From NCBI RefSeq assembly GCF_036971445.1, contig NC_091469.1:189596001-189660000 (forward strand): 64,000 bases of DNA. The letters are read 5' to 3'. The DNA is from Narcine bancroftii. Taxonomy: Eukaryota. Position numbers and translations under genes: made by a program. Numbering within the stretch: position 1 is the first letter of the stretch; each line of letters opens with the position of its first letter. Under the pieces are notes generated by a model. It saw nothing but the letters and a program-made list of their open reading frames with translations. It was not told the origin of the DNA and searched no databases. Positions 61,540-64,000 of this stretch are shown here, one piece after another.

Positions 61540-62030
61540 GAACAGTGAGGGGGCGCTGCAGCTGAAAGACCCATGCATGGATTCAGCAGCTGCTGGCAAC
61601 TTGAGGCAAGGAACCCACGTGGTCTATGGTCTGCTGGAGACTGTTGACAGGGGATTTGCGCTGGGCTGCAGACTGCTGGAGACTGGCTTGAAACTGGCTG
61701 AAGGGGTACCAAATATTGGAACTGGGATGCAAGGGGTTGTCACTGAAGGATTCCTGATTGTGTCAGAGGTTTGGATCTGGAGCTCGGTTGCAAATGCTTT
61801 GGACTGGACTCTTCATGGCTGTGGAGGCTGCGGAAGCGCTGGAGGCAAAACTACGGACAATGGGTAGCTCTGTATGGACTCTCCTTTGCTTCTCTTTCTC
61901 TGACTGTAAGAGGCACTTCAGGCAATTTCTGTCGATGGCAAATCTGTCTGCCTTACAGCAGAGAAAAGCAATTTTGTGTAACATGACACTGTTTAATTCC
62001 ATGACAATAAATTGAATCTTGAATCTTGAA
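61540..62030 (+). mobile_element. Unclassified non-LTR retroposon with Rex-type 3' tail
   Basis: GC-richer block ending ATGACAATAAATTGAATCTTGAATCTTG (polyA signal plus short tandem tail). Confidence 0.55.
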
Positions 62031-62269
62031 AACTAACTCAAATCATGGAATTCTCAAATCTCTGAATGATGAACAATTTTCTAAATGTGATTCATGAGGC
62101 AAGAAGTGGTTGATATGTGATTGATTTACACAATTAGAAGAAGACAAGTGTTATGTATCTGTTCAGATCCATGAAAGAAGGTCAATACAAAACTAATTGT
62201 GTTGCTTGGTGATTTTAGCAGAGGAACTCGCAGATTCTAAACATGATTTGACGAATGTAGAAAGATGAC

Positions 62270-62640
62270 AAAAGAGTCAAATGTCTTTCAATGGTGACTT
62301 CCTGAGCTCCAGTCATCCTGAAGCAGTTCACAGCTAAAGAAGTATTTTAGAACTGTTGTCAGGTTGAGAAAATGGAAATTATAATGGCATTTTATGCACA
62401 GCCAGTCTGATAATGATCAGATAATCAGTTTCAATAATGTGGAGAAAGGGATTAAATATTGACCAGGGACAAGGAAAAATTCATCTACTCGTTTTCAAAA
62501 TACTGCTTGAGGTCTCTCACATTAACTTTGAGAAGAAACTGAAGTATAATTTTTCCACTAGAGCAGCCTTCACACAGTCCTTGAGTATAATGTTCTCTTG
62601 TTGTCTTGTCAAACGTTTATTGAGATTCATACAGTGGATA
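62270..62640 (-). mobile_element. Deu-domain SINE-like remnant
   Basis: AGCAGTTCACAGC..GAAGTATTTT...TGATAATGATCAGATAATC...GGGATTAAATATTGACCAGG, resembling the recalled AmnSINE1/SacSINE1 consensus. Confidence 0.5.
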
Positions 62641-62809
62641 CTTTAATATATCTCTTTCTTATTCTCCTTTTCAAAATAAATGCACACTTATCTCCATGAG
62701 CTGGAACAGCCTAAATTAGGTCCACATGGGCGATGCCTGCAAAAAGTTATGAATATCTGCAATTCAGTAGTTTTAAAGTCAGAAATTTGATGGAACTCGG
62801 ACAAGATCA

Positions 62810-63168
62810 GAAAGGTCATCCCATCACCCTCAGCATGCTATTTATCACACTGTTATCTTCAGGCAAAGAAGTGCAGAAGCCCAAAGGTCAACACTTCTAG
62901 GTTCAAGAATGATTTTTTTTCCCCAATGGTTATCAGGTTCTTGAACCTAACTCAAACTAGTATCAAAGACCTATCTGCTCTGTTGTAATGTCTTTTTTTT
63001 CCCCACCAACTGCTATTGAAAATATTTATCCCTCCTTTTATATTTATGAACTTTTTTCTCTTGTGTGGTATTTTAACTTGTGCTTATTGTACAATAGTGT
63101 ATTTTATGTAACAGCGTTGCTGCAGCAAACAAGAAGAATTTCAGTATATTTATATGTTGTACTTACAT
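62810..63168 (+). mobile_element. Rex1/Babar-like 3' fragment
   Basis: CCCATCACCCTCAGCATGC...AGGTTCAAGAATGATTTTTTTTCCCC..TATCAGGTTCTTGAA, homologous to 50700-50820. Confidence 0.65.
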
Positions 63169-63169
63169 A

Positions 63170-63921
63170 AGAAATAGGATCATGGCTGATCTGATCATTG
63201 ACTCAACTCCACCAACTTGCCTTTTCCCCATATCCCTTAATTCCTCTTTTATGTAAAAATCTATCTAACTGAACCTTAAATAAGTTTAATGAAGGAGGCT
63301 CAGCTACTTCCCTGGGCAGAGAATTCCACAGATTCACTACTCTCTGGAAAACACAGTTTTTCCTCATCTCTGTCTTAAATCTACTCCCCTGAATCTTGAG
63401 GCTGTGTCCCCTAGTTCTGGTCTCACCTACCAGTGAAAACAATTTTCCTGCCTCTATCTTATCTATCCCTTTCATAATTTTATATATTTCTATAAGATCT
63501 CCTCTCATTCTTCTGAATTTGAGTGAGTATAATCCCAGGCAATTTAGTCTCTCCTTGTAGGTCAACTCCCACATCTCTGGGATGCACCTGGCGAACCTCC
63601 TCTGAACTGCCTCCAAGGTCAGTATATCCTTCCTCAACTATGGAGACCAGAACTACCCACAGTACTCCAGGTGCAGCCTCACCAGTACTTTGTACAGTTG
63701 CAGCACGACCTCCCTGCTCTTGAATTCAATTCCTCTAGCGATGAAGGCCAACATTCCATTTGCTTTCTTAATAAACTGTTGTACCTGCAACCCAACTTTC
63801 TGCAATTCATGCACAAGTACTCTCAAGTTCTTCTGCACTACAGCATGCTGCAGTTTTTTACCATTTAAATAATAATCTGCTCTTCTATTATTCCTACTAA
63901 AATGGATGACCTCACATTTAC
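63170..63921 (-). mobile_element. CR1 LINE 3' part
   Basis: ORFs 63653-63979 (KCEVIHF, LYKVLVRLHLEYC) and 63203-63637 (RRMRGDLIEIYK, QRVVNLWNSLP). Confidence 0.93.
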
Positions 63922-64000
63922 TAACCATATAACCATATAACCGTTTACAGCACGGAAACAGGCCATGTCGGCCCTTCAAGTCCGTACCGGTTCATTTGAC
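63922..64000 (-). mobile_element. 3' tail of a second, younger CR1 nested in the previous CR1 (runs off the window)
   Basis: (TAACCATA)2 + TACAGCACGGAAACAGGCC matches the reverse complement of the tail type at 30337-30372. Confidence 0.8.

Overview
Eukaryotic (vertebrate) non-coding DNA, not prokaryotic. The repeat inventory (HE1/V-SINE-like and Deu-like SINEs, abundant CR1, Rex1/Babar, L2, Penelope tails) points to a cartilaginous fish (shark/ray); this is inference. No host protein-coding gene, RNA gene or CRISPR array can be identified with confidence. Roughly half of the window is transposable-element debris. It includes four young 5'-truncated RTE LINE copies, a decayed L1/Tx1 LINE, many CR1/Rex1/L2 fragments, a Penelope element (RT + GIY-YIG) and a near full-length decayed Gypsy element with both LTRs. 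It also holds a solo LTR with a perfect 5-bp TSD, several MITEs (hAT, Tigger/pogo, Harbinger-like) and two minisatellites. The most notable item is an LTR-PBS-gag remnant whose Gag resembles class III (ERV-L/Fv1-like) endogenous retroviruses, with a related LTR elsewhere in the window. Unique stretches between repeats contain CNE/enhancer-like sequence and a few candidate exons, consistent with a large intron or gene desert. Family assignments rest on recalled motifs, not database searches, and boundaries of old repeats are approximate.
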